64,000 nucleotides of DNA from a virus, in IMG/VR virus record IMGVR_UViG_3300045988_172778, positions 1 to 64,000 of that record, one strand, 5' to 3'. The position numbers and the translations under genes were made by a program. Below are positions 24,466 through 34,349 of the stretch, piece by piece. The notes below the pieces were generated by a model. It saw nothing but the letters and a program-made list of their open reading frames with translations. It did not search any database and was not told where the DNA came from. Numbering within the stretch: the stretch's first letter is position 1; every line of letters begins with the position of its first letter.

Positions 24466-25460
24466 GACTTAACGATATAGGTCCTGCGATTGGTGACAAT
24501 CGTATGCAAACTCGGTGAACCCATAAATGTGGGGTGTGGAGATTAATCTCTGCTAACGACAAAAATCTTCTTTCGATTTTCGCAATATAAATACGAGAAG
24601 GTGATATTGTTGGATTTTGATAAGATAGATTTTTCTGTAAAGAAATATGATAAAACTCGTAAATATTATGTTTATGAGTGGTATAATGTTGAAACTGGCG
24701 CTGTCTTTTATGTTGGTAAAGGTAGCGGTGGTAGATACAAAAGAGTGACAAATAGTTCTCGAAATATATATTTTTTAAGATATTACAACAAATATAAATG
24801 TGATAGCAGGATTTTATTTTGTGGCTTGACGGAAGAAGAAGCATATCTTAAAGAAAAAGAAATTATAATAAAATATAATAAACTCGGCTATCAATTAACG
24901 AATTGTGACGAAGGAGGGCACCCTGGTGGAGCTAATTCTGGAGAAAAAAATGGTATGTATGGAAAGACCCATACTCCAGAAGTTCGTAAAATCCTAAGAG
25001 ATGTTAATCTTGGAAAGATTGGCAAAACAAATTCAAACGCAAAGTATTGCGATGTTTATGACGATAAGTTTGAATTTATAAAATATTTCGATTGTATAAC
25101 CGATGCAATGAATTATATTGGTGAAATAGAGAACAGAACATATAAGAGTATGGTAACGTATTTTTGGAGATATCAAAACGGAACCATAGATATTATACTA
25201 AATAAGTATCATATAAAAATTTATAGAAAATCGAGAGAAGACAATGACGTGCCAAGCGTTTCTAAAAATGGAAATGAAGGTACAACGACTATCGAAAGCG
25301 TATAAATAGAGAAATACTATTTAAAGTAAGCAAGTAGAGTACCAATGAGTGAAATTCTCAACGGGAAGTGCCGAGGTTCTTATATTTGGTGAAAGAATAT
25401 AAGAATATAAAATAGTCTATACCCCTAATAAATATCGGGCGACCGAGGGTAGGAATAGTC
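24466..25460 (+). mobile_element. putative group I intron with GIY-YIG ORF (boundaries +/- a few nt)
   Basis: Interrupts the DxDGD codons. GNRA hairpin at 24486-24503. 10-bp hairpin at 25377-25405. CTCGG/CCGAGG complementary boxes. Confidence 0.5.
24601..25305 (+). CDS. GIY-YIG homing endonuclease with NUMOD3-like motif
   Basis: YYVYEWYNVETGAVFYVGKGSGGRYK...EEEAYLKEKE...N, then GEKNGMYGKTHTPEVRKI. AT-rich. Confidence 0.8.
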   Translation: MILLDFDKIDFSVKKYDKTRKYYVYEWYNVETGAVFYVGKGSGGRYKRVTNSSRNIYFLRYYNKYKCDSRILFCGLTEEEAYLKEKEIIIKYNKLGYQLTNCDEGGHPGGANSGEKNGMYGKTHTPEVRKILRDVNLGKIGKTNSNAKYCDVYDDKFEFIKYFDCITDAMNYIGEIENRTYKSMVTYFWRYQNGTIDIILNKYHIKIYRKSREDNDVPSVSKNGNEGTTTIESV

Positions 25461-26600
25461 GATGGAGACATTGCCCTTTCAACAGATAATGAATATTTCT
25501 TGAAAGGCGCCCATCGTGGAGAAAGTATAATAACTTACGAAAAAGGAATTGCTCGCAAGGAAGAGATTTCCCAGAAAAACTTCGTAAAAAAAGACCTTAT
25601 GGGTTTTGGTACGGCGGTCGGCAGCCTTTCAAACACCGCGACGATTATTTACGCGATGATTGGGATTTTCAATAAACCCGAGCAGGAGCCGCAACGCCAA
25701 GAGTTATACACACGAATAAAGCTTCTTCGCGAATACGTCGGGCAGGAAATCGATAGAGCGAAACTCGGAATAAAGCAGCAAAAACTTCCAGTTGAGTGGA
25801 GAAAATATATTCATGTAAATAAAGATGATACCGATGAAATAAAGGCGGAAAAATATAAACACAATTCCATGGTAATTAAAAAGAAACCTTATTTCTTTCG
25901 TTATCTTTATCCTGAATGTAATAAAGAGTTTAAACAATTTGAAAATGGCTATAACATTATATCAAAAGATATGTTTGGGCTGAAATTAAAAAAGCTTTTT
26001 GCGAAACCAAACAAAACGGGAAAAGAAATGACGCTCGTTAGACAATATCAAAAGAATTGCCCTCTGATTGTTTCAAATTGTACAATGAATATCTTATGTA
26101 AAGAATTTGAGAATGTTGATTTTGACATAAAATTTGGTAAATCTAATGTGAACATGCTTAATCTTTATCAAAATGAAGGTTTTAAAGTCAATTCATCAAT
26201 TCTTACGAAGTTTCGCAACGCTTATCGTAAATATAACAATAAAAAGACAATAATTGCGCTCGATGATGTTTTTGAAAACAAAGACGAGGACGATATAAAG
26301 AATATTTACAATCTCGTTCTCGATACGGCAAAGCAGGAAATCCAGGAAGAAATTTTCGGGTTCGGGTTAAAGCCCAAGGAAATGCTTTTTTACGTCGGTC
26401 AGCTTGCGAAGGAATATACAAATTTCAATTGGAGTTTTGTTTGGGACATAATGGATTCAATCGTTCTCGAAGGCGTTGAACAAGGGAAAAGTTACGCACC
26501 AGTTCGTTCGGAAGACGGAGAAGAATATCTCGGCGAGAAGTTCGTGCTCAAAGAAGTTATAAAGAGAGCCGAAGGGGAGGTTTATACGAATGTTGAATGA
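25461..26600 (+). CDS. YonO/RdRP-like RNA polymerase, exon 2
   Basis: The frame is open from 25416 with no start or SD. It reads DGDIALSTDNEYFLKGAH... Confidence 0.55.
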   Translation, partial: DGDIALSTDNEYFLKGAHRGESIITYEKGIARKEEISQKNFVKKDLMGFGTAVGSLSNTATIIYAMIGIFNKPEQEPQRQELYTRIKLLREYVGQEIDRAKLGIKQQKLPVEWRKYIHVNKDDTDEIKAEKYKHNSMVIKKKPYFFRYLYPECNKEFKQFENGYNIISKDMFGLKLKKLFAKPNKTGKEMTLVRQYQKNCPLIVSNCTMNILCKEFENVDFDIKFGKSNVNMLNLYQNEGFKVNSSILTKFRNAYRKYNNKKTIIALDDVFENKDEDDIKNIYNLVLDTAKQEIQEEIFGFGLKPKEMLFYVGQLAKEYTNFNWSFVWDIMDSIVLEGVEQGKSYAPVRSEDGEEYLGEKFVLKEVIKRAEGEVYTNVE

Positions 26601-27195
26601 TACGACGATAAATCGATTATTAGAGACAAAAGAAATAACCTCTCTCGATGAGCTGAAACAGTTAACGGTTTATTTTACGCAAAAAGGTGTCGACGTTTCT
26701 CAAATACTCGAAACGCTCGAAAAGTACGAAATCAAGTTCGAAATCAAAGGCGTAAAAATTGAAGAAATCGTTCGGCTTTTAGCGGCAATAAATCCGCCTT
26801 CAAAAAAAGAAAAGCAGGAAGAATTCGAGATTTACGAGTTGGAAGTCCGTTATTTACAAAGAGTTAAAAACGAAGACGACAGAAAAATTCTCTTTTTACT
26901 TTTGGCAATATCAAAATACGATAATCATCCGACGGGGTGGATAAAATACAACCGCGACTTACTTTTCAATTTTTGGGGGATGAAACTCACAAACCCCCAA
27001 AGATCAGAGGTTATAAAGCGGTGTTGCGAGATTGGCGCGATTGATTTGCGCGTTATCGGGAGCAAGAACCCGATTGTGTGTTTTAAGGTGAATTTCAGGA
27101 ATTATGATTTTGCCAATGCGGTGACAAAATTGAGTTTTAACGGCGCATCATTGATTGAGTTTTACGATAGCTATTTATACGGAGAAAGCGAATGA
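26590..27195 (+). CDS. hypothetical protein (201 aa)
   Basis: ORF with GGGGAGG SD. Overlaps the previous stop. Confidence 0.65.
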   Translation: MLNDTTINRLLETKEITSLDELKQLTVYFTQKGVDVSQILETLEKYEIKFEIKGVKIEEIVRLLAAINPPSKKEKQEEFEIYELEVRYLQRVKNEDDRKILFLLLAISKYDNHPTGWIKYNRDLLFNFWGMKLTNPQRSEVIKRCCEIGAIDLRVIGSKNPIVCFKVNFRNYDFANAVTKLSFNGASLIEFYDSYLYGESE

Positions 27196-27974
27196 ACGAT
27201 TACATATTTGATTGGGCGGGAAACAGCGAAAAGATTTTGGCGGGCGGAGGTTATACAACCAAAGTCCACCAAACCTTCGAGCAGATAATGCTTTTCGCGT
27301 ATTTAAGAGAAAAGGGATACAGCAAAGACGAAATATTCAGTTTGTGGATTAAAACCGACTCATTGCTTCTCCAAAAAATCGGAGATGACAAAGACCAGAG
27401 AGATAAATATTTTGGGAAGTTGTTCGCGGATTCGACGAAGTATAAGATCGAGAAAGGAAATCGGATAGATATTTATCAGAGCGAAATTGATTTTATCAAC
27501 AATATGGAAGTGAGTATGTGGATAAAACAGTACGTTCTCGCGATGCTGTGTATTTATAAGTGGTATGGGAAGGAATGGTGCGTTTATAACGATAAGATTA
27601 AGAGGTTTTGCTATAGTTGCACGAGCACGAAAAGGGAGAGAGATAGTAATATAAAAGCATTATTCCAGTCTTTAACTAAATACAAAGCATATTTAATTGC
27701 GTCTATAGATAATTTTATTTCTTTTAAAATACTCTTTCAACTAAATGGTGGCAGCAAGTTAATGAGTATTGATAGCCCTAGAGATATAGAGAAAATTTTT
27801 AAATATATAGAAAATGTGAAAACTTGTTTGCAATGCGGGAAAATTTTTAAATATGATCACCATAATCAACACAAAAAAATATGTTATGAATGTTATTCTA
27901 AACAAAGAAATGGTTTTAATAGAGGTCTAAATCACCGTCATTTGTCAATTTCTAATATTATGAAAACAGACTGA
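27192..27974 (+). CDS. hypothetical protein with C-terminal zinc-ribbon (260 aa)
   Basis: CLQCGK...CYECY. ATGA overlap. Confidence 0.65.
   Translation: MNDYIFDWAGNSEKILAGGGYTTKVHQTFEQIMLFAYLREKGYSKDEIFSLWIKTDSLLLQKIGDDKDQRDKYFGKLFADSTKYKIEKGNRIDIYQSEIDFINNMEVSMWIKQYVLAMLCIYKWYGKEWCVYNDKIKRFCYSCTSTKRERDSNIKALFQSLTKYKAYLIASIDNFISFKILFQLNGGSKLMSIDSPRDIEKIFKYIENVKTCLQCGKIFKYDHHNQHKKICYECYSKQRNGFNRGLNHRHLSISNIMKTD
27930..27964 (+). repeat. 35-nt repeat, copy 1
   Basis: AATCACCGTCATTTGTCAATTTCTAATATTATGAA. 34/35 identical to 32122-32156. Confidence 0.9.
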
Positions 27975-27999
27975 ATAAATTCCGATAAGGAGAATTAAA

Positions 28000-29193
28000 A
28001 TGATAGATTTCGAAGACATAGATTACAAACGCCTTGACGAAGAAACCGAAGATGATTATACCCTTCGTATATGTGCGTTAAAAGAAATAAAACATCTTTA
28101 TTGGGATGAAATTGCCCAAATAATAAATAGAACGCTCGACCAAAATTATACCGAAAGCAGATATAGAAAAATGTATTCCGCTTACACAAAAGGAAAAGCA
28201 GATGCAGTTAAGGAAGAGGAAATCCCAGAAATCTCCGAATATATGCAGCAGAAAATCGAACTCCAAAAAGAGCGTATAAAAATCTCCGACGAAAGAGTTC
28301 AAACGAATGCTTATATCCGTCAACTTGCGAGGGAAGAGACAATTAAAGAGATAGCCTCGAAATGCGCTCAGGAGATGAACTCTAAAAAGCTCCTGGAGGC
28401 TCGTAAAATTGATAGAGATTTTTTTGGCGAAGGAAATTCCGCGATTGTTTGCCTGAGCGATTGGCATTACGGTATTGATATAAAGAATTATTGGAACGTT
28501 TACAACCCAGACATAGCGAAAGAGCGTGTTGCAAAATTACGCGACGAAGTTAGAGTTTATTGTCTTGCAAACGGCGTAAAAGATTTACATGTTGTAAACC
28601 TCAGCGATTTAATTTGCGGACGTATCCACCTCGGGTTGAGACTTGAAAGCAGGTTCGACGTGATAACGCAGGTAATGCAGGTTTCTGAAATTCTTGCCGA
28701 GTTGTTAAACGATTGGGCGACAGATTTCGAAATTCATTATTATGACTGCCTTGATAATCATAGCCGTCTTGAACCAAATAAGAAAGACGCCATGGATTTG
28801 GAAAGTCTTGCAAGAGTAATCCCGTGGTATCTTAAAGAACGTTTGAATAACAGAATTATAATTCACGAAAACGAATATGATGAGGGAATTATAACATTCA
28901 GATGTCACGGTTACGAAGTAGTCGGCGTTCACGGAGATCATGATAAACCAAGCACAGTTGTTGACAATATGAGTTTGATGACACACAAACACTACGATTT
29001 GGTTGTGACGGCTCATCTCCATCATTTCTCGGCGGATGAGAAAAACGAAACGGTAGTTGTGAGCAATGGTTCGCTGATGGGAACAGACACATATGCAAAG
29101 AATTTGAGATTAAGCAGCAAGGCGTCGCAAAATCTTATTATCGCGACCGACAATTCACCTTGCGAATGTATATATAGAATAATTTTGAATTAA
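28000..29193 (+). CDS. calcineurin-like metallophosphoesterase (Mre11/SbcD-like fold) with extra N-terminal domain
   Basis: LSDWHYG, NLSDLICG, LDNHSR, VHGDHD and AHLHH motifs in order. Confidence 0.55.
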   Translation: MIDFEDIDYKRLDEETEDDYTLRICALKEIKHLYWDEIAQIINRTLDQNYTESRYRKMYSAYTKGKADAVKEEEIPEISEYMQQKIELQKERIKISDERVQTNAYIRQLAREETIKEIASKCAQEMNSKKLLEARKIDRDFFGEGNSAIVCLSDWHYGIDIKNYWNVYNPDIAKERVAKLRDEVRVYCLANGVKDLHVVNLSDLICGRIHLGLRLESRFDVITQVMQVSEILAELLNDWATDFEIHYYDCLDNHSRLEPNKKDAMDLESLARVIPWYLKERLNNRIIIHENEYDEGIITFRCHGYEVVGVHGDHDKPSTVVDNMSLMTHKHYDLVVTAHLHHFSADEKNETVVVSNGSLMGTDTYAKNLRLSSKASQNLIIATDNSPCECIYRIILN

Positions 29194-29238
29194 AGATAAG
29201 GCGGCTCAATGCCGTCTTTTTGATTGAAGGAGAAAAAG

Positions 29239-30084
29239 ATGGCAGAAAAGAGAGAAAAGATGATAGACACGCTGTTTGCCCCGTCTTCGAGCGCAAATGA
29301 CGAGGATATAGAATTCACCGAAGAGGATCTCGCCAATCGGCGTGAGGTTTTATCGGTTTTCGGGCACGACCCTTTTGAAAAAGAAAATATGGCAGACCGC
29401 AAGAAGATGTATCGTGACGTTACGGTTATGATTACGCCCGATTTGGCAACCGACCTTCCGAAACAGAGGGGCTGTTTGACGCTCGTGCGAAGTTATCTTC
29501 GTGCGGATAAGATTACCGAAGCAATTCAGGAATTAACCAAAGACGCCGACACGATGATTGAAAACGATAAGAAGTTGAAAACCCTGACTGATATGTTAGG
29601 CAAGGAAACGGACATCATAACTAAGACGGTAAAAGATTACGGATTTGCCGAGCGTTATTCGTTAGCGAAAAGTAAGGGTGTCGGAACACTTTCTTATATA
29701 ATGCGTGAAAGCGAGGAAGTCGACCGCGATGACGAGAAAATAAACATTTACGACGTTGAAACAAGCAAAAGTATGCAGTTGGCAAGTGATATAAGCGCTG
29801 AATCGTTTTTTAAGCAAATTGCGTTGAACGCGGGCGACTATAAGGATATCGTAACGAAACAGAAAAAATTAATCAAAGAATTGACGGACGAAAACAAAAA
29901 ACTCAAAGAAGAAAATCGTCTTATTTACGAACAGATAACCAAAGAAGAACTTTTGAAAGAACTCGCAAAGAAACTCGAAGGGAAGGGTTTAGGGCGTAGA
30001 GAAATACAAGATATGGTTCTCGCAGAAATTCATTACGATGATAATGAAATAAAAGAAATGAAGAAGCGAGGTAAAAAGAAATGA
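29239..30084 (+). CDS. hypothetical coiled-coil protein; small terminase candidate by position only
   Basis: ATG after GAAGGAG. Lies directly upstream of and overlaps terL. Confidence 0.35.
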   Translation: MAEKREKMIDTLFAPSSSANDEDIEFTEEDLANRREVLSVFGHDPFEKENMADRKKMYRDVTVMITPDLATDLPKQRGCLTLVRSYLRADKITEAIQELTKDADTMIENDKKLKTLTDMLGKETDIITKTVKDYGFAERYSLAKSKGVGTLSYIMRESEEVDRDDEKINIYDVETSKSMQLASDISAESFFKQIALNAGDYKDIVTKQKKLIKELTDENKKLKEENRLIYEQITKEELLKELAKKLEGKGLGRREIQDMVLAEIHYDDNEIKEMKKRGKKK

Positions 30085-31985
30085 TAAGTTTATATAGCCG
30101 AAAAACAGAAACCGACCTTACAATACGTAAAAAAGAGTCGATGGATAAATATGTCGATTTGATTCAATGGGGAAGAGAAAACCCGACGAAATTTATCGAA
30201 GAAATTTTCGGGATACAGCTTATCGACTTCCAAAAAAATCTCATTCTTGGAACGTGGACTTCAAACCGTGCGGTTTGGTGCGCCGCTCGTAACAGCGGTA
30301 AATCATTCTTGGTAGCGATATATGCAATGCTTCGAGCGCTCCTTTTGCCAAATTGTACGATTTATATCGTATCCAACTCAGCCGATCAAGCGCAAGCAAC
30401 CTTTAATAAAATTTGTAAATTATGCCGTGGTGAAGAGCAGTCAGTTCAGACAGACCCCTGTATGTTTTATAACGAGTTGGTTAAAAGCAACGCCAACACC
30501 GATGGTTTCATAAAGAAACAAGGTAATTATTCGCTCACGCTTTTTAACGGCAGCACAATTCAAACACTCGCAGCGAACCCTGATACTGCTCGTGGTCGCC
30601 GTGCGAATGTAGTTATATTTGATGAGGCAGCATACGTTTCCGACGTCATGTATCAAGCGTGTTTGCCTTTCATTAACCAAGACCCGAACTTCAAAACAGG
30701 AAAAGGTTTCAATTCGAAGGTTCACCCGAAGACTTTCAACAACCAGATTATAATGTGTTCTTCGGCAGGAAGTGTTAATACCGAGTGTTATAGAGCTTAT
30801 AGACAATGTATAATAAACTCGATTATTGGTTATCCAGGATATTACGCCGCAGATATAAACTGCGAGATGACGCTTCACCCTTACATAAACGGCAAACCCG
30901 TTCCAGCGATAGCGAATAAGGCTGAAATGGAAATGATAAGAGATACCGATATCCGAAAATATAACACGGAATTTATGAATTTGTGGACAGACATGGAATC
31001 ACCCGATTCACTTCTTCAACGTTCCGTAATAATTCGTAACGAGAAAAAATATTTACCCGAAACCGCGAGTACCGACAAAACGAAAAAATACGTTGTTTGT
31101 TGGGATCCCGCCGTTCAACACGATAACAGCATTGTTTTAGTCGGGGAAATATTCAGAGATGAAAAGGTTGGGTTAAAAGGCAGGTTAGTAAATTGCTTCA
31201 ATCTTATTGAGCCAGCGAAACAAAACGGCGGTGATCGCCAACCGTTACGTATGCCAGACCAAATCACTTGGGTTCGTAAGTTTTTGCGCGATTACAATAA
31301 CGCAGAGAACCACGAATACACAAACGTAACGCTTCGAATAGATTCAGGTTCAGGTGCAGGCGGTAAAAGTATACCAGATTACTTAATGCCGTCTTATACA
31401 GATGAAAACGGCGTTAGACATGTCGGTGTTTATGATAGTAAATTCAATCCAGATAACGATGGTACGGGGACTTCTTATCAAGATATGCACAGAGACAAAT
31501 TCCCCGAAGCAGTAGATTGTTTACAGGCGGTAGAACCGCGTAAATATAGAACCGAGATGTTCGGCGCATTGACTTCGATGATCGCGCAAGATTACATCGA
31601 GTTCCCGCCATCACTTCCCTCGCGTGGAGAAATTGAAAACGAAGACGGCTCGGTATACAAGTTGTCGTTAGAGGAAACCCGCGCGTTACTCGAATTTGAC
31701 CTTTTGAAAGACGAAGCGGTAAGGATGCAACAAACGAAGTTGACGACGGGAGAAGTGAAATACGCAATGCCAAGCGGCAAAGATCACGACGATAGAGTTT
31801 ATTGCCTTGCTCTTTTCGCCTCTTATTTGGCAAATATGCGCCAAGCTGAAAACCGTGCGTCTGAAAATAACAACACGAGTGAATTTGCCGATTATATAAT
31901 GAGCCGTATTAGAGAAAGCGACGGCAAAAAGACTCAAAACCCGTTCGCGGGTAAAACGAATCCGTTCGCGGGTAAAAAGTGGTAA
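30081..31985 (+). CDS. terL: terminase large subunit
   Basis: AARNSGKS Walker A. VVIFDEAAY Walker B. C-terminal nuclease-like VVCWDPA...D. C-terminal tandem NPFAGKT/NPFAGKK. Confidence 0.75.
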   Translation: MISLYSRKTETDLTIRKKESMDKYVDLIQWGRENPTKFIEEIFGIQLIDFQKNLILGTWTSNRAVWCAARNSGKSFLVAIYAMLRALLLPNCTIYIVSNSADQAQATFNKICKLCRGEEQSVQTDPCMFYNELVKSNANTDGFIKKQGNYSLTLFNGSTIQTLAANPDTARGRRANVVIFDEAAYVSDVMYQACLPFINQDPNFKTGKGFNSKVHPKTFNNQIIMCSSAGSVNTECYRAYRQCIINSIIGYPGYYAADINCEMTLHPYINGKPVPAIANKAEMEMIRDTDIRKYNTEFMNLWTDMESPDSLLQRSVIIRNEKKYLPETASTDKTKKYVVCWDPAVQHDNSIVLVGEIFRDEKVGLKGRLVNCFNLIEPAKQNGGDRQPLRMPDQITWVRKFLRDYNNAENHEYTNVTLRIDSGSGAGGKSIPDYLMPSYTDENGVRHVGVYDSKFNPDNDGTGTSYQDMHRDKFPEAVDCLQAVEPRKYRTEMFGALTSMIAQDYIEFPPSLPSRGEIENEDGSVYKLSLEETRALLEFDLLKDEAVRMQQTKLTTGEVKYAMPSGKDHDDRVYCLALFASYLANMRQAENRASENNNTSEFADYIMSRIRESDGKKTQNPFAGKTNPFAGKKW

Positions 31986-31998
31986 AAGGAAATAAAAG

Positions 31999-32415
31999 AT
32001 GATTGGAAAATTAGTAGTAGATTACGAAGAAGTAAGTTTGGGAGATTTGTTGGATTTTTTAACTGATAAAGGTGTAGAGTGTTGTGTCGATGGTGATAAC
32101 ATTTATTTATATTATAACGAGAATCACCGTCGTTTGTCAATTTCTAATATTATGAATAAGAAGAAAATACACAATTATTTCTTCAAAGAATTGACTTCTC
32201 CGCCAACTCGCACGCCGACAAATTATGTGCAAACTTGGCTTTTAGAGAAATTCAATGAACAAGAACGTCTTCGCTTCGAGGAACAACATCAAGCCGAATT
32301 AAAAAAGGCACAGGAGAATATCCAGAAGGCGATGGAAGAGTATAAACAGTTGTATACAAAATACGTAAATCAACAAAACAAGGAGGCGCAGTCCGATGGC
32401 GGATCAAACAACTAA
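31999..32415 (+). CDS. hypothetical protein (138 aa) containing 35-nt repeat copy 2
   Basis: ORF with AAAAGGAA SD. Confidence 0.55.
   Translation: MIGKLVVDYEEVSLGDLLDFLTDKGVECCVDGDNIYLYYNENHRRLSISNIMNKKKIHNYFFKELTSPPTRTPTNYVQTWLLEKFNEQERLRFEEQHQAELKKAQENIQKAMEEYKQLYTKYVNQQNKEAQSDGGSNN
32122..32156 (+). repeat. 35-nt repeat, copy 2
   Basis: AATCACCGTCGTTTGTCAATTTCTAATATTATGAA. Confidence 0.9.
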
Positions 32416-34345
32416 AAAACGCGGAAGACCGCGCAAAATTGCAGTAGACGAAGATGAGAAAATTTTAACCGATAACGCGAGTGAAACGCTTATGATGGAA
32501 CAGAAGAGCGCGGCGGGAACGAACGGGAAAGTAACCATTAATCAGGTGGCGGAGAGTTTATTCTCGTTGTACGGGAGTGTTCTTGGCACTTATAACGGGA
32601 AATGGGGGGAAAACAACATAAACCTTTACAACCCGTTTTTGCAGAACTCGCGATTGAAGATGATAAACGCGTCCCCAGTAACGGAGACGCCAGAAGAAAT
32701 CGCGCAAGCGTTGAAAGACCCAGGGTCTCACGAAGAAGAGCTTAAATCGGTCTCGGCAGGGCTTTCCGCTCGACAATACCTTTATTACAAGATATTGCGT
32801 GAAGCGTGCGATGTCCCGATGTATAAGAGTTACTTTTTACCTGAAACGCTCGAAGACGCGAGCGAATACACGAGTAAGAAATTCCGCGAGGAAGAAGCTT
32901 TTGTGGAAGAGTGGAAAGATAAACTCGACCCGCAGGCTTTGTTCAAAAGAATCGGGATGGAAGTCAAGAGAGAGGGAAAACCGTCTTATATATTCAGACA
33001 ATGTATATATGAGGATGAGGGGAAAAAGCGCGTTAAATACGTAACGTTCCAAAAACTCCCTGCCGCTTATACCAAACTCACAGGAATTGGCGAGCATGGT
33101 TACATTGCGAGTTTTAACCTTATGGTATTTATGAACCCCGCATTTTCGCCGTTGCAATACCCCGAATTCATACGTAAGATTTGGGATAGCATTATTACTG
33201 GCAGAATCGTGTATCGCGACAATAAAGGTAATTATGCGGTAGATGCCAACAAACTTGCGCAATTTACATACGACGACGAAGGACAGGAACGTAAAGGGAC
33301 GATAGAAATCGCTAAACAGGCGGCTTCGACGGTTTATTTGTATTGGGTGCAGTTGCCGCAAGACCTTTGCTTTACTTTTATGAGCGACGGTTCTAACGCA
33401 TGGTCGGTTCCCGACACGATAAGCCTTTTCTCGGACCTTCAAGAATTAAGCGATTATTCAACACTTGCAGGCTTGATAGCGAGCAGCCCGTTGACGGCTG
33501 TTCTTACAGGTCAGGCAGAATTTATAGACGGAGCGCAGCCAGGTCAAGATCAGACTAAGATCAGACCGACGACGCTCAATGCGTTCCAGAACTTTTTTAA
33601 TTCAATAGTTTCTGGAAACGTAAATGCTTTCTTTGGACCGTTCAAAGATATGAAATTACAGTCGTTGCCGAATATACCGAATAGCAGCGACATTAAAACG
33701 AAGGCGGTTCAAAACTTTATTTCCTCGGCAGGAGAGGGTGGTTTGATTGTTGCAACCGATAAACCGTCGGTAGCGATGATTAAAGGCGCACAAATGCTTG
33801 CCGAGTCTCAATACGATTATGTCACAAGACAAATCGAAACAGCCACAAACACTGTACTTGAAAAATGGTGCGGTTGTAAATATAAATGGAAGCTTAAACT
33901 TTGGGGCGGAATTTATACTTTTGACAGTCAAGTCAAGAACATGAAAGAGCTTGTGTCTTCGGGCGCAACGTTCGTCCTTCCAAAATTAGCTTCTGCTTAT
34001 GACATGTCTCTCAGGCAGGTACGCGGAGTATCGAGCTATATTGATGAGAACAAGTTGTATGATAAATTCAAGACATTAGGTTGGGCGCAGAGCATACAAA
34101 ACGCACAGGCTCGTAGCAGCTCGACACAGGATTCTAATGGCGTTGGACGTACAGCATTGGACGATACCGATATAGAAAACGATTCCACGGCACAAAGCAG
34201 AGAGACGGGCGCTAACATCACCGAATTGAAGGAAGATTATGTCGCTCAACATATTTGCCCGTTGTGCGGGAGCGAAGATGTTGAAGACGGTCATTTCTTA
34301 TGCTCGGAATGTGAAGAAAAGATGGAATTAGACGGGGAGGAATAA
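32396..34345 (+). CDS. putative portal protein (649 aa) with C-terminal zinc ribbon
   Basis: Size and position just after terL. CPLCGS...CSEC at the C-terminus. No motif-level proof. Confidence 0.5.
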   Translation: MADQTTKKRGRPRKIAVDEDEKILTDNASETLMMEQKSAAGTNGKVTINQVAESLFSLYGSVLGTYNGKWGENNINLYNPFLQNSRLKMINASPVTETPEEIAQALKDPGSHEEELKSVSAGLSARQYLYYKILREACDVPMYKSYFLPETLEDASEYTSKKFREEEAFVEEWKDKLDPQALFKRIGMEVKREGKPSYIFRQCIYEDEGKKRVKYVTFQKLPAAYTKLTGIGEHGYIASFNLMVFMNPAFSPLQYPEFIRKIWDSIITGRIVYRDNKGNYAVDANKLAQFTYDDEGQERKGTIEIAKQAASTVYLYWVQLPQDLCFTFMSDGSNAWSVPDTISLFSDLQELSDYSTLAGLIASSPLTAVLTGQAEFIDGAQPGQDQTKIRPTTLNAFQNFFNSIVSGNVNAFFGPFKDMKLQSLPNIPNSSDIKTKAVQNFISSAGEGGLIVATDKPSVAMIKGAQMLAESQYDYVTRQIETATNTVLEKWCGCKYKWKLKLWGGIYTFDSQVKNMKELVSSGATFVLPKLASAYDMSLRQVRGVSSYIDENKLYDKFKTLGWAQSIQNAQARSSSTQDSNGVGRTALDDTDIENDSTAQSRETGANITELKEDYVAQHICPLCGSEDVEDGHFLCSECEEKMELDGEE

Positions 34346-34349
34346 TTCA

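Noticed and set aside
25416-25500. The RNA polymerase expressed as two separate polypeptides (endonuclease gene simply splitting the gene)
   Set aside because: The C-terminal half has no ATG/GTG and no SD before the DGD codons. The catalytic D-x-D-G-D triad would be divided between the two chains. This cannot be fully excluded without RNA data.
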